From: Acidobacteriota bacterium
GTDB lineage: Bacteria; Acidobacteriota; Terriglobia; Terriglobales; Acidobacteriaceae
Length of the DNA: 64,000 nucleotides
Assembly (NCBI GenBank): GCA_031296115.1
Contig: JARLGI010000076.1
Coordinates: 2,806-66,805 of the forward strand
Direction: 5' to 3'
Position numbers and translations under genes: made by a program. The notes under the pieces are model-generated. The model was not told the origin of the DNA, searched no databases, and was given only the letters and a program-made list of their open reading frames with translations. Below, one piece after another: positions 62,277 to 64,000 of this stretch (positions within the stretch are counted from its first letter, which is position 1; every line of letters begins with the position of its first letter).

Positions 62277-64000
62277 CTATGCCTTCTCCAGCTTTACAAG
62301 GAAGCCCTTGTATTCTGGTGCGAAGGAGTTGGGATCGACGACGCTGTGCGTCACCAGGTTGGCGATTGAGCCCTCCTGGTCGCCGGCGCCAAAGAAGCCC
62401 CAGTGGATCGGCATGCCGATCTGGTAGACCTTCTTTCCCGCGATGGTCATGGGCTTGATGCGCCTGGTGACCATGGCCTTGCCCACGATGGAACCGCGAG
62501 CCGAGGTGACGCGAACGTATTGCGTGCTCTTGATGCCTTTCTCCGCGGCGAGTTCTTCCGGGATCTCGACGAAAAATTCGGGCTGCTCCTGCAGGTTGTA
62601 CGGGTTGTTCTTGGTCCAATAGTGGAAATGCTCGGTGAGGCGGTAAGTCGTTGCGACGATGGGATACTCGTCGGGCTTGCCCAGCTTGTCCCATTGCGTC
62701 TTGAAGGGCTTGGCCGCCGGGTTGGAGCTCTGCCCGTCAGGATGCAGCGGGTTTTGCACGGGCGACTCCATGGGCTCGTAATGCTCTGTCCATGGGCCTT
62801 CCACGAACTGGCCCGGCACGAACAGCCGGGCAACGCCTTCGGGGTTCATGATGAATGCACCCATGCCGGCTTCCGGCGGAGAGTCGGGCTTGTAGTCGGG
62901 AACGTCGCCAATCCACTTGTTGCCATTCCACTTAATGTCGGCGCGAGTGGGATCCCACGGTTGTCCCGTCGCGTCGGCGGAACAGCGGTTGTACATGACC
63001 CGGCGATTGGCCGGCCAGTTGAAGGCCCACTCCGAGTAGCGGCCGAGACCGCTTGGGTCAGCCCCATTCCGGCGCTGGGTGAGATTGCCGGCTTGCGTGT
63101 AGGAACCGATGTAGAGCCAGTTCCCGCTTAGGGTAGAACCGTCGGCACGGGCGTCGAGGAACTTCCCGAGTTGGTCGCCTGCCTTGACGGCGACGACTTT
63201 CGGGTCCTTTTCGTCCATGACGTCGGTGATGGCCCAGCCGTTGATCTCCTTGGCAACCTCTTCCAGCGCCGGCTTGTTTGGACTGGTGTACCACCAGTTA
63301 AGCGCCAGCACCGGGTCGGGATACTTGCCACCTTCCTTCTGGTAGAGCTCGCGCACCTTGAGGAAGATGCGGGCGATGATTTCCTGGTCCGGCTTGGCAT
63401 CTCCGGGCGGGTCGAGAGCTTTGTATTTCCAGGCAATCCAGCGGGCGGAGTTGGTGAACGAGCCATCCTTCTCGGCAAAGTTGGCGGCCGGCAACAGGAA
63501 GACCTCGGTCTTCACATCTTCCGGCTTGCCGCCGTTGAGCCACAGGACTCTCTCGCTCCAGAAGGCGGCGGTTTCCGTCTCGAAATTCTCGGCCACCACC
63601 AACCACTTGAGCTTGCTGAGGGCGGCAATGGCTTTGCGCGAATGAGGTCCGTTGCAGACGGGGTTCATGCCGAAGCTGAACAGCCCGTCCATTTGCCCTT
63701 CGTACATGTGATCGAACATGTACGCCCAACTCCAGTTCTGGTATGTGCCGGGAGCAGCGCCGACGGGAAGCTTGGGGTGGAGATTGAAGCCGAAATCGTT
63801 CTCCTGGGTGGCGTTCTTCCCGTAATAAGCCTTGTACTGACTCACTACAAAGCGATCATAGTTCGCCATGAAATTCATGACGCCCGGGCGTAGCGGTTTG
63901 GGTCGGACGGCGTTGAGGTAATCTTCGAACTTGGCCTGGTCGGCTTTCTGAATGGCGATGTAGCCGCAGATGTTGTGGTACGCCATCCCACAGTCAGTGC
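62277..64000 (-). CDS. fdnG: formate dehydrogenase-N alpha (molybdopterin) subunit, C-terminal ~575 aa; the 5' part lies beyond the window
   Basis: ORF 62277..63986, with the frame staying open to 64000. ..GMNPVCNGPHS..WLVVAENFETETAAFW..TTYRLTEHFHYWTKN..VTSARGSIVGKAMVTRRIKP..IGMPIHWGF.. Confidence 0.93.
   Translation of the reverse strand, partial: TDCGMAYHNICGYIAIQKADQAKFEDYLNAVRPKPLRPGVMNFMANYDRFVVSQYKAYYGKNATQENDFGFNLHPKLPVGAAPGTYQNWSWAYMFDHMYEGQMDGLFSFGMNPVCNGPHSRKAIAALSKLKWLVVAENFETETAAFWSERVLWLNGGKPEDVKTEVFLLPAANFAEKDGSFTNSARWIAWKYKALDPPGDAKPDQEIIARIFLKVRELYQKEGGKYPDPVLALNWWYTSPNKPALEEVAKEINGWAITDVMDEKDPKVVAVKAGDQLGKFLDARADGSTLSGNWLYIGSYTQAGNLTQRRNGADPSGLGRYSEWAFNWPANRRVMYNRCSADATGQPWDPTRADIKWNGNKWIGDVPDYKPDSPPEAGMGAFIMNPEGVARLFVPGQFVEGPWTEHYEPMESPVQNPLHPDGQSSNPAAKPFKTQWDKLGKPDEYPIVATTYRLTEHFHYWTKNNPYNLQEQPEFFVEIPEELAAEKGIKSTQYVRVTSARGSIVGKAMVTRRIKPMTIAGKKVYQIGMPIHWGFFGAGDQEGSIANLVTHSVVDPNSFAPEYKGFLVKLEKA

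Overview
High-GC, gene-dense bacterial chromosomal segment. Domain architectures suggest Acidobacteriota, but that is inference only. All family calls come from reading motifs by eye; no searches or computations were run. About 55 protein genes are supported. Housekeeping: recD2 (runs off the left edge and is missing from the ORF track), tRNA-Gly(GCC), an EF-G II-type paralog, nadC, valS, bamD-like, rpe, trmFO, selB, miaA. Envelope and signalling: a Ser/Thr kinase with a TolB-like propeller, an ECF sigma factor, a multi-pass anti-sigma factor, TonB, an M48 protease, GH3, and an ABC-2 exporter. Thiol-redox: a DsbA-like protein and a split DsbD (ccdA, tlpA-like, DsbD-alpha-like). Respiratory block at 48-64 kb: a predicted outer-membrane beta-barrel with an N-terminal CxxCH; an amicyanin-like cupredoxin; a six-gene Rieske/cytochrome b operon with a GltD-like NAD(P)H/FAD/FeS subunit, an octahaem and a monohaem cytochrome c; an ABC1/UbiB kinase; and fdnG(partial)-fdnH-fdnI-fdhE. 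Decay: a TetR gene with a 1-nt frameshift; an S53 peptidase remnant with a nonsense codon and a frameshift; a 5'-truncated, frameshifted HAF-like repeat gene; a TPR tail fragment; and an aldo/keto reductase fragment abutting a tyrosine-recombinase C-terminal remnant upstream of the tRNA. Intergenic regions carry a family of GC-rich hairpin repeats, including three ~145-153-bp elements bounded by inverted repeats; one of these has flanking direct repeats. No CRISPR array, rRNA, intact transposase or prophage was seen. The best candidates for something undescribed are the NAD(P)H-linked Rieske/cyt b operon, the haem-bearing beta-barrel with its cupredoxin partner, and an uncharacterised three-gene envelope module at 28.2-32.3 kb. 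Many start codons were chosen by eye and are uncertain by tens of nucleotides.
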